This document shows positions 36,673-50,097 of a stretch of DNA of 64,000 bases, piece by piece. Numbering within the stretch: position 1 is the first letter of the stretch; every line of letters begins with the position of its first letter. Where the stretch lies: assembly GCF_006345805.1 (NCBI RefSeq), contig NC_043009.1, positions 6,696,001 to 6,760,000 of the forward strand, written 5' to 3'. This DNA comes from Octopus sinensis. Taxonomy: Eukaryota. The position numbers were made by a program, and so were the translations under genes. Under the pieces are notes generated by a model that was not told the DNA's origin, searched no databases, and worked only from the letters and a program-made list of their open reading frames with translations.

Positions 36673-38009
36673 GAGTATATATATATATATTATATATATA
36701 TATATATATAAGATGTATGCATGTATACGTCAGTTTTGTTTCAGTTTCCGTCTCACTCACGAGGCTTGGTCGCCCCGAGACTATAGTAGGAGAAACTTAC
36801 CCCATGTGCCACACAGTGTGACTGAACCTGGCACCATGGGGCTGGGAAGCAAGCGTCTTACAACTAAGCCACGCCTGCGCTTATTTGCTTCAGTTGTAAT
36901 ATAGACTCATGGAATTATATAGTTCATACAATATATTTACAATTCAATACAACATACGTCATATGCTTCATACGTGGAATTTAAACATGGAGATCAAACT
37001 CAAATACTATGCCATCAATTTCTGATATACTTCAATTCTCCTAGAAAATATACGGGTTTGAGAATATCGGTTCAGTCAAATTACGAAGAAAGAATGCGAG
37101 CAAAAGTGTTTTTAATGGAAATTATCATGTATGTAAATGTATTAATAAGAAACTTAGATTTTCGGTCAGTATCTTAACAAACAATTTCTCCCTTGCTTTT
37201 CGCATTATTATCAACGCATATAAATTTCTTCGGCTTTGAACAATTCAATTTTGTCGATCCTGTAGCATAATACATACCTAGTGTCATATATATTCAAGAA
37301 ATGTAAGTTCTAGTGCAGTGAGATAGAAATATTTGCCATGTTTAGAGCAATATTCCTTATCAGAGCAACAATGAACAATATATAATACGTTCTTCTTACA
37401 TGGCTGGATGGAATGGATTATTCATCCTTGTATTGAATAGGAGAAGCGAAATGGTAAGTTGAAAGTCATATGACAGAATAACAATGGGAAAATAAGAAAG
37501 AAAAGAAACGAAAGGAAGATAAGAGCGCTTGTAAGTTAATACGATATGCATATATTTCATAAACATGTAACTGTGCGTTGTATATAAGGGTTATTCTTGT
37601 TGTGTATATTATATAATATTTTGCGCCGAACAGACCACCGTCAGGTGAAGATTTAGAAGAATAAAGTAATATTTCATTCTTTTTTTTTTTAATCTTTCAA
37701 TTGTTTCAGTCATCGGACAGCAGCCATACAGGGCGCACCGCCATGAATGGTTTAGTGAAACAAATCGACCCAGTACTTGTTTTGAAGGGTAGTATATATT
37801 CTATCGATTTATTTTGGAGAAGCATTAAGATGAGGGCACGTAAAACAAACCAAAACCGTATGTCAAGCGTCAGAGGAAGCACAAAGACACAGAAGAATCG
37901 CGGATGCTTTCCATGTAGGTCAGATGTATATATTGTGTGCGTTTGTGATTGTATATATAATTACATATATTCATATATATATATATATATATATGTGTGT
38001 ATATATATA

Positions 38010-38140
38010 AGGGAGAGTTTACGAAAAAACAAAAGACAAAGACAGGTGGTGTAGACAACAAACAGATGTATCAGTATAACGCTTGGGAAGTGAAAAAGTC
38101 TTTAATATTTCGAGCCTATGCTCTTCCGCAGAAAGGAACA
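38010..38140 (-). mobile_element. pLTR-like element with a decayed minimal hammerhead and ~90-nt tail ending at (TA)n
   Basis: Minus strand: cttt-CUGCGGA-A-gagc(atag)gctc-GAAA-UAU-U-aaag; stems I and II intact, core A6>C, stem III palindrome decayed. Confidence 0.55.
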
Positions 38141-39974
38141 CAGAAAGAAACAAAGAGAGAAAATAAAGAATGTGTAGTGGCTAGCGATCTGTCATATATA
38201 ATTACATATGTATATATATGTATTCAACTATATGTATACACATAAAAACATATACATATATATGAGTGTATATAAATGTATGTATATATGTATAAATGTA
38301 TCTATGCATATATGTATATGTGTAGATTTGTATGTTTTGTTTCATGTATGTATTGTCATGCATATAGTTGCATGTCTTGACATGCTCATATGTACTTAAA
38401 TGATAAAACTCTGGAACGTATCACAGATTTTTACAGTTCGAGTGATGATTGGAAGTATAGTTTTCGAATCAGCTTTCTCCTTTCTGGTTTTGAGAAGCCT
38501 AATTTCTCAATATTGGTGTTTAGGCAGTCTGTTACATATCCCGGTGCCCCAATAATTACAGGTAGAAACCTGAAATTGTAATCTGATTCCTCAATATTTC
38601 AGCGTAAGTATTTTCTTTTTCACTGATCTTTATCTTTATGTTAACATCCACTGGGCAACTGATTTTCACAACTGTGCACAGTTTCTCTTCTCTATCCCAA
38701 ATCATTATGTCAGCTCTGTTTTAGAGCTAATCCGTGCGACGGATAACGTTATACAGTGTCCTAGCTACAACATCATGTCTCATCGGTAGATGATACCGTG
38801 ATGGCATTTTCGGACAACTGATTATGAATTGGGTAATATTTCGAGTATTAACCCTAGAGAATCTGCATCGGTTATCGGTTGAATGTGTGTATGTATGAAT
38901 ACGTATACGCTGCGGATGATGAAATAAAATTCTTAAGAGTCATACATGGTGGTTAATATTTAATTTCTAATGGCAACAATGGTATGTGGCGACTGAAAAT
39001 TCTAAATGTGATATCTTCATTTCATTTGTAAGAATTCATTTTCAAGAATGAAAATGAATTAATGCAAAAAGCGCTTTCAGCATCAATCCCCCTGTGCAGT
39101 ACCTTAGGCAATTGGTTTCTGCTACAGACTAGGGCCAAAGAATGCCTTTTCTTATAAGCGACAAGGAGTGGGCTTTGCTTCATCGTATAGGCGAGTGAAA
39201 AAGAACATTTCTCTTTCAAAGATAGAAAGATATGATTTATCGAAGAAATTTTTCACCAGATTTCTGGTGCTTCTGACTGTTTTTGAGACGAATTATAGAA
39301 TTTACAATGAAAAGACCCACTCAGCAGACCAAGCAAAGTATCACTAAAGTATATGAAATCATGTCCAGTGAACCGTCAGAGTAATACCATAGCATCTCTC
39401 GACTAAAATCAGTAAATGTATTCTTTTTCCAGTAGCCTCTTTGCAAGTCACTTCCATTATTGTAAAATCGAACCTCACCCATCAAACAAAACATATTGAC
39501 TTTGTTCAATGAAATAATGATGATAAATCAGTTAGTTTGGTGAAGAACACAGAAATGAAATTAAAATATTAATGGAACTTACTCAGAATGTTCTAAATGC
39601 TGCCAAGAGGTTCCTTTGCTACTTGTCACCTCCTGCTGTGAAAACTACATCACTATGACACTCAGTTTGATCAACTTCCAAAAATAAATTGTATATACTT
39701 GTCGCTGCTATCAATTTATATTTCAGAAATTATACCGCTATGCTTACGTCCTTATTGCTAAAAAGGAGAGCGAATATGTCACTTCGTCCACTTTCTTCTT
39801 TTTACTATGTCATAATTTACCATGAACTAGAGACAAACATACAGTTGATAATCGTTAATCTGTTTTTGCATTGGATTTGCAAGATTCTTGATGCGAACCC
39901 GTGTGCTGAAATTCATTTTGTTGCCTCTAGGGAGGGTCATTATGCCAGTGATAACCCATGCACTGTTTCTATTT

Positions 39975-40187
39975 CATATCACTCTTTTACTTGTTTTTGT
40001 CATTTGACTGCCGCCATGCTGGAGCACCGCCTTTTAGTAGAGCAAATTGACCCCAGGACTTATTCTTTGGAAGTCTAGTATTTATTCTATCGGTCTTTTT
40101 TGCCGAACCGCTAAGTTACGGGGACGTAAATACACCAGCATCGGTTGTCAAACGATGTTGGGTGAACAAACACAAACACACAAACAT

Positions 40188-40224
<37 letters not shown>

Positions 40225-40330
40225 CGACGGGCTTCTTTCAGTTTCCGTCTACGAACTCCACTCACAAGGCTTTGGTCGGCCCGAGGCTACAGTTGAAGAC
40301 ACTTGCCCAAGGTACCACGCTGTGGGATCG
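39975..40330 (-). mobile_element. SINE family K, 5'-truncated
   Basis: High similarity to 32730-33200. Confidence 0.85.
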
Positions 40331-40860
40331 AAATCTCCTCTGGATTGACTAGATTTCGAATAGAGGGTGGCTGTCAATAACGAAGCCGCGAATGGTAACG
40401 AATACATTTCGATAAACCTATCTTATTCTTTGATTAACAAAACGATTAATCAAGCACTAGATTAATTACTTGACTAATAATATTGATTTCAAGTTTTGGC
40501 ACAAGGCCAGCAATTTCGAGGAAGGTGGCAAGTCGATTACATCGGTCTCAGTACTATACTGGTACAAATTCTATCGAACTCGAAAGAATGAAGTGCAAAG
40601 TCGACTTCGGTAGAGTTTCAACGCAGAACGTCGTGTTAACGATTCTGTCAGCTCGCAGCCTTCTTCCTTCTTAATATAGGTTTCAAATTTTGGCACAAGG
40701 CCAGCAATCTCAGAGAGAGGCGGTTAAATTGCTTACATCGATCCCAATGACCTAATGAAAGTCAAAGCCGACACTGCAGGATTTGAAATCAGAACGTAAA
40801 GATAGACGAAATGCCGCTAAGCATTTTGGGTTTATTATTGTCGTATATAGACCAAAATTG

Positions 40861-41154
40861 TTGTGTTTCGAGGTATCCCTCGCTCATGAGGGCCGGTTTC
40901 CCGGTTTCTTGGCGTATAGGTTCCCCACCTGGATGGGACGCTGGTCCGTTGCAGGTGAGCTGCAAGATGCAGGAGGAAAGAGTGAGAGAAGGTTGTGGCG
41001 AAAGAGTCAGCAGAAGTTCGCCATTACTTTCTGCCGGAGCCGCGTGGGGTTTAGGTGTGTCGCTCATAAACACACACATCGCCCGGTCTGAGATTCGAAC
41101 CCGCGATCCCTCAACCGCGATCCGCTGCTCTAACCACTAGGCCATATGCCTCCA
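40861..41154 (-). mobile_element. SINE family R with a 14-bp target-site duplication
   Basis: atagaccaaaattg at 40847-40860 and 41155-41168 flanks the element. Confidence 0.9.
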
Positions 41155-42048
41155 ATAGACCAAAATTGCTTATCTCTAAATCTGAAATTTTGAAATTCAA
41201 ATGTACTGAAGATACGAAATGTTTTCGAGTGACAAAGGCGTTAAAAGTGAAAAATTCCTGGACACTTGAAAAAGATCATGAAATATTCTATTGTTTTGGT
41301 GAGAATGAACGAAATTGAAAACAGCGACAGTAACAGATTATTCTTTTCTTTGTTTAACAATCTGGAGTGAAAGAGAAATGGCGGATTTGTTTTAGCTAAA
41401 GACGAAACATTCCACACTGAGACTACCATGTCGTGCGAAGTTCGTGCAGCACTAAGTTTTTAAGACTATCTTCATGGTAAATGTATAAGTTGTACTTTGA
41501 AATGTTAATGTGTAGCGTGTTTGGACTCATGTCCCAGAGCGAAACTGTCTTATTTTAAAGATGAACATATACAATTATTCCGAATTCTGAAGCGCGTCCG
41601 GGCCCAAGCATTTGGGAAAAAGGAAATTGTCAAATGTATTGAATGACTGATCGCAACTATTTGGTATGGGTGTGTGGTTAACAAGCACACCGTGAAAAGA
41701 CTGAGCTTCGGTTTCAATCCTAATGTGAGAATCTATGGCCAAGTGTTTTCAACTGTAGCTTAGGCTTGTGAATGAATTTGGTAAAAGGAAGCTGTGTGGG
41801 AGCGCATATTGTATATATACATATGTGTGTGTGTGTGTGGTGTGTGTGTGTGTGTGTATACATATATATATATGACCCGTCCGTGTGTTTTCTTGTCCCT
41901 TTTTTGTATTCCTTTTCATATACATATTGTGGCGTGCGTATACTTTGGTCTCTTACATGTAAGTACATTTATATATATATATATATATATATACTTAGTG
42001 AGGGAAGAAATGGAGCTGAACGAAGATTTTACAAAATTCCTTTTTATT

Positions 42049-42134
42049 ATTTTCTACACATGTTTCAAAGGCTGCAAATTCCCTAATTCGGTTTGAATAA
42101 GGAGACCATTTTGCAGCATTCTCTTCAGGAAAAT
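42049..42134 (-). ncRNA. Type I hammerhead with intact core (left arm of palindrome C)
   Basis: Mirror of 42288-42372; one extra base in the stem II loop only. Confidence 0.8.
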
Positions 42135-42287
42135 CCAGGAACTTAAATCTCCAAACAAATGCGCAGCAAGTTTTTCGAACAAACGCTCCCTAGGAGAGAC
42201 AGTCTTGTGCCATTCATACCATGGGCTCCTAGGGAGCGTTTGCTCGAAAAGCTTGCTGCGCATTTGTTTGGAGATTTAAGTTCCTGG

Positions 42288-42372
42288 ATTTTCCTGAAGA
42301 GAATGCTGCAAAATGGTCTCCTTATTCAAACCGAATTAGGGATTTGCAGCCTTTGAAACATGTGTAGAAAAT
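42288..42372 (+). ncRNA. Type I hammerhead with intact core (right arm of palindrome C)
   Basis: attttc-CUGAAGA-gaa.gctgcaaa...tttgcagc.ttt-GAAA-C(AUGU)GU-A-gaaaat; cut after 42366. Confidence 0.82.
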
Positions 42373-43490
42373 AATAAAAAGGAATTTTGTAAAATCTTCG
42401 TTCAGCTCCATTTCTTCCCTCACTAAATATAAAACTTCAATTATCCACACTAAGGCACGGTTGCGATACCCCATGGTTGTAACCTCAACCGTGATTTTTC
42501 TGTTGTGATTTTTGCTACCCAGGTATCGGTTATAATTTGAATAATCCGTAACAAGATAATTCATTTATCCATTTCATTAAAATATATATATATATAGGTT
42601 ATAAAATGAGATAGTGGTTGAAAATTCAACCCACCATGGGATAACATATATCCAATATACTGCTAGATATATATATGTATATATGCATGCGCAGGATTGG
42701 CTATGTGGTAAGAAGTTTACTTACCAACCACATGGTTCGGGATTCAGTCTCACTGCATGGCACCATGGGCAAATATCTTCTACTATAGCTTCGGGTCTTG
42801 TGAGTGGATTTGGTAGGCAGAAACTGAAAGAAGTCCTCCGTATATATATATGTATATACATAGATATAGATATAGATATACATACATATACGCGTGTGTG
42901 TAAGTGGTGCTATCTGAGACTGTTTGTCTCTGTATGTATAAGGGCCAAAGAATATATTACTAAGTTTGGTGAGCATTTGTTCCATCCCAGATCCTCTGAA
43001 ATATTATCTACTCGGTAAAAAGAACAAGAGATCCTGTAAAAACGAAAGATTGACAGCAGAATTCATCAACCTACATATCAAATAATTACACACTTGATGC
43101 GTTTCTTTTATTATGTCTTTCTTCGTAGTACCTCCATCCAAAGGAAACTATTAGCAATCTTTATAGTAACTACCGTCCTCTTTAACCATGAGAGCGTCTG
43201 TCTGTGATTAAGCGTCAATGTATTTCTATATGCGCCAATATGCTTTTATATACATATACATATGTGTGTGTGTGTGTGTGTGTGTGTGGGCATTCGTATT
43301 TGTACTCACACAAATATGTATATCTATGTATCTATATTATGTTGTATGTATAACCATCTTCACATTTAAATATATAGCAACCTTTGTAATACACGTTGTG
43401 TTGTGCATAAAATATATTTATCCTAATTAATGACTAGCTATCAGAACCAGAAATATGCAAATTATGTGCATCTGAACACACACGCTCTCT

Positions 43491-43531
<41 letters not shown>

Positions 43532-43732
43532 TGCATACACACACACACATGCACAAGTCCCTCAACTCACACACTCATATATATATATATACATATATAT
43601 ATATATGCCATCTACATACATGCCAATTTATTTAATATATGTTTATGACAATCGCACAATTATATAATAAAAGCACATGGACAATATGTGTGTATATGTT
43701 TAAACATATATCTATCCATGCTTTTATATATG

Positions 43733-43768
<36 letters not shown>

Positions 43769-43945
43769 TATATGCACGTATACGTGTATATGTTTATCAC
43801 AATGTATCCTTTTTATGACTCTGTATCAGATACACATAAATTCAGATCGTAATATTAATAACGAAACGAAATCATTTTCCGCCTATACCAATACTACACA
43901 TGTGTGTTTTTGTGTGTATGTGTGTGTGTGTTTTTGTGTGTATGT

Positions 43946-43999
<54 letters not shown>

Positions 44000-44749
44000 C
44001 AATTTTAGCAGAAATCCGATTATATATTTGTTTCCTCCTAACGGATCAGCGTGCAGGAAAAGAACGCGCAGTAAATACAGTATAAAGCAGCAAATATGTT
44101 AATATCGCAGCAGTTTGCCGTAGAACATGTTGTTCTGTTGAGTCTTCTGAAAAATATTAATAATTCTAAACAGAAACCAGTGATAATATTTCTGAAAATC
44201 TCTTACACTAATCTTCAAGCGAAGGATTAAACGCCATTCAGTAATATGATGAAATAATTTGCGAACGGGGAATTATTTTCCTTTCCTTCATATTTATTCG
44301 TTACTTTAAGTTTTGTTGTTTCGTATTTTTCTTTTTCTTTTTCTTGTGTCTTCTCTCTCTCTCTCTCTCTCTCTCTCTACCTCTCTCTCTTCTTCTCCTT
44401 CCCTTTCTCTTACACTCTGCTCTTCTCTAACTCTCTTAATTTCTTCTCATTCTTGTATTTATTCATGTTTTTATCCGTTTTCATTAAAATGATATATGGT
44501 TTCTCCACGTTCACATATATTATATATTTAATATGATTGTATGTGTGTATATATGCGTACGCACATATACATACATGTATATGAATATGTGTGTTTCTCT
44601 GCGTATGTGTGTGTGTGTGTGTGCTTTATGAGTGTGTTTCATATGTGCCTACATGCATACGTGTAAATGTGTCTTCGGTTCTGTGAACATATATATCCAT
44701 ATACATATATACACATCTACAATTGTACATATAATACATATATATATAT

Positions 44750-44793
<44 letters not shown>

Positions 44794-45045
44794 TATATAT
44801 ATATATATATTATATATATATATATATGTATATGTATATGTATACATACATATACTTGCACACATACAAATATATATATATACATACATGCGTACATACA
44901 TGAACATGTGTATGTGTATTCCTGTATAAGTTCTACTCTGTGTGTGTGTATATTTATAAATGCATGAGCGGACTAGTAGAAAGCCTTATATACACAATTA
45001 TAATTAAAGGAGAATGTCTTTCGTGACGATGTGTCTGTAAAAAGA

Positions 45046-45140
<95 letters not shown>

Positions 45141-45580
45141 GCACTCATATACGAACGTGTGCAAACGCAAGCACACACTTTATCGTTTATATTAAATCTT
45201 ATATCAATCTGTTAGAAGCAGATAACAGCTTCAGTATATCTTCCGAATGTCTCAACAACCTTCAACGGTGTGGTCATATAACAACCTAAATCTCGAAGAC
45301 CATTCTGCATTGCTTCTGTCCAACACATCGATACTTAAACAAACGCTGCCACAATCATCAATATGGCGTATTTATTATTTTATTTCAATCAGGCTGTGCA
45401 AACAATCAGATACTTATAAAGAGTACTTCGCATCCTGTCTTTAGCGATTGCTGTGTCTTCGATTAATGTATTTCAACAGATTTGTTATTATAAGATAAAC
45501 ACCTATACGGGATTATATGACCTACGAGTAATAGCAGCTAAAAGGTTTGCTTTAAAATAAAACGCGGCCATATTACAGTA

Positions 45581-45872
45581 GGAGGCGCAATGGCTCAGTG
45601 GTTAGGGAAGCGGACTCGCGATCGGAGGATCGCGGTTTCGACTCCCAGACCAGGGCGTTGTGTATATTTCTTGAGCGAAAACACCTGCTTTCGGCAGGGG
45701 GTGGTGGCGACCCCTGTTGTACTCTTTCACCCCAACTTTCTCTCACTCTTCCTTACTGTTTCTTGAGTAACTGGCGTCCCGTCCAGCTTGGGAACACATA
45801 CGTCATTGAAACCGGGAAACCGGACCCATGAGCCTGACTAGGCTTTAAAAGGGCACATAAATAAATAAATAG
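45581..45872 (+). mobile_element. SINE family R with a short TSD
   Basis: Head ggaggcgcaatggctcagtgg, (TAAA)n tail, tacagta repeated at both ends. Confidence 0.87.
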
Positions 45873-46255
45873 TACAGTAGGATGGACACTTCATATAGTC
45901 ATAGTATTCGGATTTGTTGGGTAAATGGCTATGGGTTTGACTTCATATGTTTGGTACGAGTCTGCTTCATCAGGGCTGCCCAGCCAGCCGCTTACAAAAA
46001 CGACAACCGCAACTATCCCCCCCCCCAACGCGTTTGGTTGATGACGATAGAACTGATCGGGGTGGTGGAGGAGGAAAGGGAGATGCATGATGTCGATGAA
46101 GCAACGACGACGACGATAATGATGATGGAAATGATGGTGCTGATGATGATGAGGAGGAGGTAGACGAAGAAAGAGGTTTAAGAGGGGAGGGGAGGGGAAA
46201 TGTATGTTGATGTCAATGAAGACGATGACGGCGCCTGTGATGATGATGGTGATGG

Positions 46256-46286
<31 letters not shown>

Positions 46287-46794
46287 ATGATATGATGATG
46301 ATGATGATGGTGGTGGTTGTGGTGGTGGTGGTAATGGTGTGGGTGAGGTGGAGGAGGTGCAGACGATGATGGTCAGCATAGCCACGACTAGAGCAATGAT
46401 GGCGATTATGGGGACATTGATGATGGCGGTGTCACGATGAATAAAAGCGATGACACTGAAGACCACGAAGATGACGACGCAGACGTTATTTGACGTTGAC
46501 GATGATACTGTCGATGATGATGATGACCATTAAATTCCATACTATTGCAACATCTGTCTTATAGACTTACTGAAAGAAAGGAAAAAAAAACAATTAATGA
46601 TATTACAATAACAGTCCTCAACTGAAGATATACGATAATGTAAACAAACAATATTTAATGTAAACAAAGTTGTTTTTGATAATAAGATATAAGAATATAC
46701 CCTGGAGCCAACGATGGTACTACCTTTTATATGAAATGTCTGTATATAATTCTACACTTATATTTAATACGTCTAGCGTACATGGGCATACTTC

Positions 46795-46821
46795 TATATC
46801 TTTATCTATCTGTCTATCTAT

Positions 46822-46890
<69 letters not shown>

Positions 46891-46900
46891 AATCTATATA

Positions 46901-46931
<31 letters not shown>

Positions 46932-46956
46932 ATCTATATATCTACCTTTCTATCAG

Positions 46957-47021
<65 letters not shown>

Positions 47022-47028
47022 TTATCTG

Positions 47029-47082
<54 letters not shown>

Positions 47083-47084
47083 AG

Positions 47085-47116
<32 letters not shown>

Positions 47117-47374
47117 CCTATCTATCTATTTATCTATTTATTTTTCTATCTATCAATTTATCTATATATCAGTCTATCTATCTATGTGTCTATCAATCTT
47201 TCTATCTACCTGCCCCCCTGTCTGTCTATATGTATGTGTGCTATCTGTCTGTCTGTCTATCTATTTATCTATCCATCTAACTATTTACCTTGTATGTATT
47301 TAACTGTCTATTCATCTGTGTATCTATCTGATTGCCTATATATGTATATATATATATAGATATACATATATATA

Positions 47375-47430
<56 letters not shown>
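46795..47430. repeat. (TATC)n tetranucleotide array grading into (TA)n
   Basis: Directly visible; source of the LSIYLSIY ORFs. Confidence 0.97.
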
Positions 47431-47431
<1 letters not shown>

Positions 47432-47655
47432 ATGTATATGTGTGTGTGTGGTATGCCTGTGCGTGTGTATATGTGTATGTGTGGGTGTGAACACGCGTGT
47501 GCGTATGGGTGTCTGTGTATGCCTAAAGATACGTGCACATACGCAGAAAGACACATATAGACAAAATAACTGCTAAGTCAGACAGAGACACACACACGCA
47601 GACGGACAGACAGACAGACAGACAGGCAGGCAGACAGGCAGACAGACAGACAGTC

Positions 47656-47716
<61 letters not shown>

Positions 47717-48344
47717 CGCATATTACACAATGAATATGCGTTATTTTCCTTCAGTAGTTACGACTGTTCTCAGTCTCTTAGTATAGAAATTATGAATTTC
47801 TTTCTGTAAATTATGTAAACAATTGAACGCAGTACATCTAATCAAGACCGAAAGATTAAAATATGTAGAGAGGTATCTCTATTACAGTTTAAAATACGTG
47901 CTGTAAGTACATGGCAGCATTCCAAGTTGCAGTATTCGAATATATGAATGCATATTATATCACCGATTGTGGAATTATTAAATTTTCTAACTTTAAATTA
48001 AATAAAAATTGACGTTTTATAAACACGAATACAAAATATGAAATATGCAGTGACCTCGTCACACAATTTCTAATTCAAATTCAATGAAAAGCTTATATAG
48101 AATATCGGAAATTTTTGGTGCTGTCGTGGCTGTGTGGTAAGGAGTTTGCGTTCTAAATATACAGTAGCAGGGTTGAGTCCCCCTGCATGGCAGTTTGGGC
48201 AAGTGTCAACTACTAGAGCTTCGGCCCGACCAAAGCCTTGTCAGTGGATTTGGTAGAAGGAAACTGAAAGAAGCTTGATATATATGTGTGTATGTGTGTG
48301 CGTGTGTGGCGGTGGAGAGAGTGGTGAGAGAACAGGTGTTTGTG

Positions 48345-48745
48345 TGTACTCTTTTAGTTGTTTCAGTCATTTGACTGTGGCCATGCTGGAGCACCGCCTT
48401 TAGTCGAGCAAATAGACCCCGGGACTTATTCTTTGTAAGCCTAGTACTTATTCCATCGGTCTCTTTTGTCGAACCGCAAAGCTACGGGGACGTAAACACA
48501 CCAGCATCAGTTGTCAAACGATCTTGGGTAGGGGAAGACAAATACAAACACATAAACACACACACATACATATTCATATATGTACATATATATGACGGGC
48601 TTCTTTCAGTTTCCGTCTACCAAATCCACTCACAAGGCTTTGGTTGGCCCAAAGCTATAATAGAAGACACTTGCCCAAGGTGCCCCGCAGTAGGAATGAA
48701 ACCGGAACCATGTGGTCGGTAAGCAAGCTACTTACCACCAGCCCC
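48345..48745 (-). mobile_element. SINE family K, flanked by plus-strand family K fragments (48120-48280, 48760-48960)
   Basis: Sequence similarity to 32730-33200; the arrangement suggests nesting inside an older opposite-strand copy. Confidence 0.8.
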
Positions 48746-49499
48746 TCTTGAGCCTTGTGTATGTGTTTTTGTGTCTGTGTTTGTCCTCACTATCGCTTGA
48801 CAACTGGTGTTGGTATTGGTGTGTTTACGTCCATGTAAACTAGCGGTTCGTCAAAAGTGATAGGCTTTAAAAAAAAATACGTAGTTCGGTTCATCCGAGT
48901 AAACGTTCTTCAGTATGATACCCCTGCATGACTGCAGTCAAATGACTTAAATAAAATAAGTTAAAACGCAAATAACGAAGAATTATTTGTTATGAAAACA
49001 CAAAAACAATCACTGATCTTAATAGCGCGTTATATAGCCTAAGGTTAATTACTTTGGAATATCAGAGACCTTGCGAGCAGGTGAGGTAGATATAAAACTG
49101 TGTAGCAGGTGACCATTACTTTCTTTGCAATACTTTTACGCGAAGGTGGTGTGCTTACTCACTTTAGTGAGAAGCCTAACACGAACGTTTGGTTGTATAC
49201 GTGGTCTGTCTCCGATGTGAAGTTTTGTCTGTATTGGCTTCGTGTTAACAAAGCGTTTAATTAAATTTTATTTAAAGTTTATAATTGAAAATCTTAATCA
49301 TTTTCCTCTTATAATTTTCTAATTTCCTGAAATAACTTATGAAGAGAAATCGCATGAACATTGACATGAAGACATGAATAAAAGGTGAAATCAATGAATT
49401 GGATGTAATTTTATGTTTTAAGACTACTTTGCTAAAAGGTGTTAGCATAAGCAAAAAATATATATATTTCAATATTTTTAACTGGTTTTAAAATACTTG

Positions 49500-50097
49500 T
49501 TTCTTTATTACCCACAGGAGCTAAACATTGAGGGGACAAACAAAGACAGACAAACGGATTAAGTCGATTACATCGACCCCAGTGCGTAACTGGTACTTAA
49601 TTTATCGACCGAGAAGGGATGAAACGCAAAGTAGACCTCGGTAGAATTTGAACTCTGAACGTAACGGCAGACGAAATACCTGTTTCTTTACTACCCAGAA
49701 GGGGTTAAACACAGGGGGGACAAACAGGGACATACAAATGGATTAAGTCGATTATATCGACCCCAGTGCGTAACTCATACTTATTTAATCGACCCCGAAA
49801 GTATGAAAGGTAAAGTCGACCTCGGCGGAATTTGAACTTAGAACGTAACAGCAGACGAAATACCTATTTCTTTACTACCCACAAGGAGCTAAACATAGAG
49901 GCGACAGACAAGGGCAGACAAATAGATTAAGTCGATTACATCGACCTAGTGCGTAACTGGTACTTAATTTATCGACCCCGAAGGGATGAAAGGCAAAATA
50001 GACCTCAGCGGAATTTGAACTCAGAACGTAACAGCAGACGAAATACCGCTATACATTTCGCCCGGCGTGCTAACGTTTCTGCCAGCTCGCCGCCTTA
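49500..50097 (-). mobile_element. SINE family M, one head plus three tandem ~180-bp body units
   Basis: Units start near 49501, 49682 and 49867; head ...ctgccagctcgccgcc at 50046-50097. Confidence 0.9.

Larger units (their letters stand above)
41995..42426. mobile_element. Palindrome C: ~201-bp inverted arms, 29-nt spacer, (TA)n-anchored, one intact hammerhead per arm
   Basis: Arms 41995-42196 and 42226-42426 differ by 2 substitutions and 1 indel. Confidence 0.93.

Noticed and set aside
37612-37650. Minus-strand CUGACGG-uggucuguucggcgc-AAAAUAUU
   Set aside because: Too many changes in core and stem II to call.
45935-45985. Minus-strand CUGAUGAAGC...CAAACAUAUGA
   Set aside because: No stem I or stem II complementarity.
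49500-50045. Regularly spaced ~180-bp repeats as a CRISPR-like array
   Set aside because: Whole units repeat with no unique spacers; eukaryotic SINE multimer.
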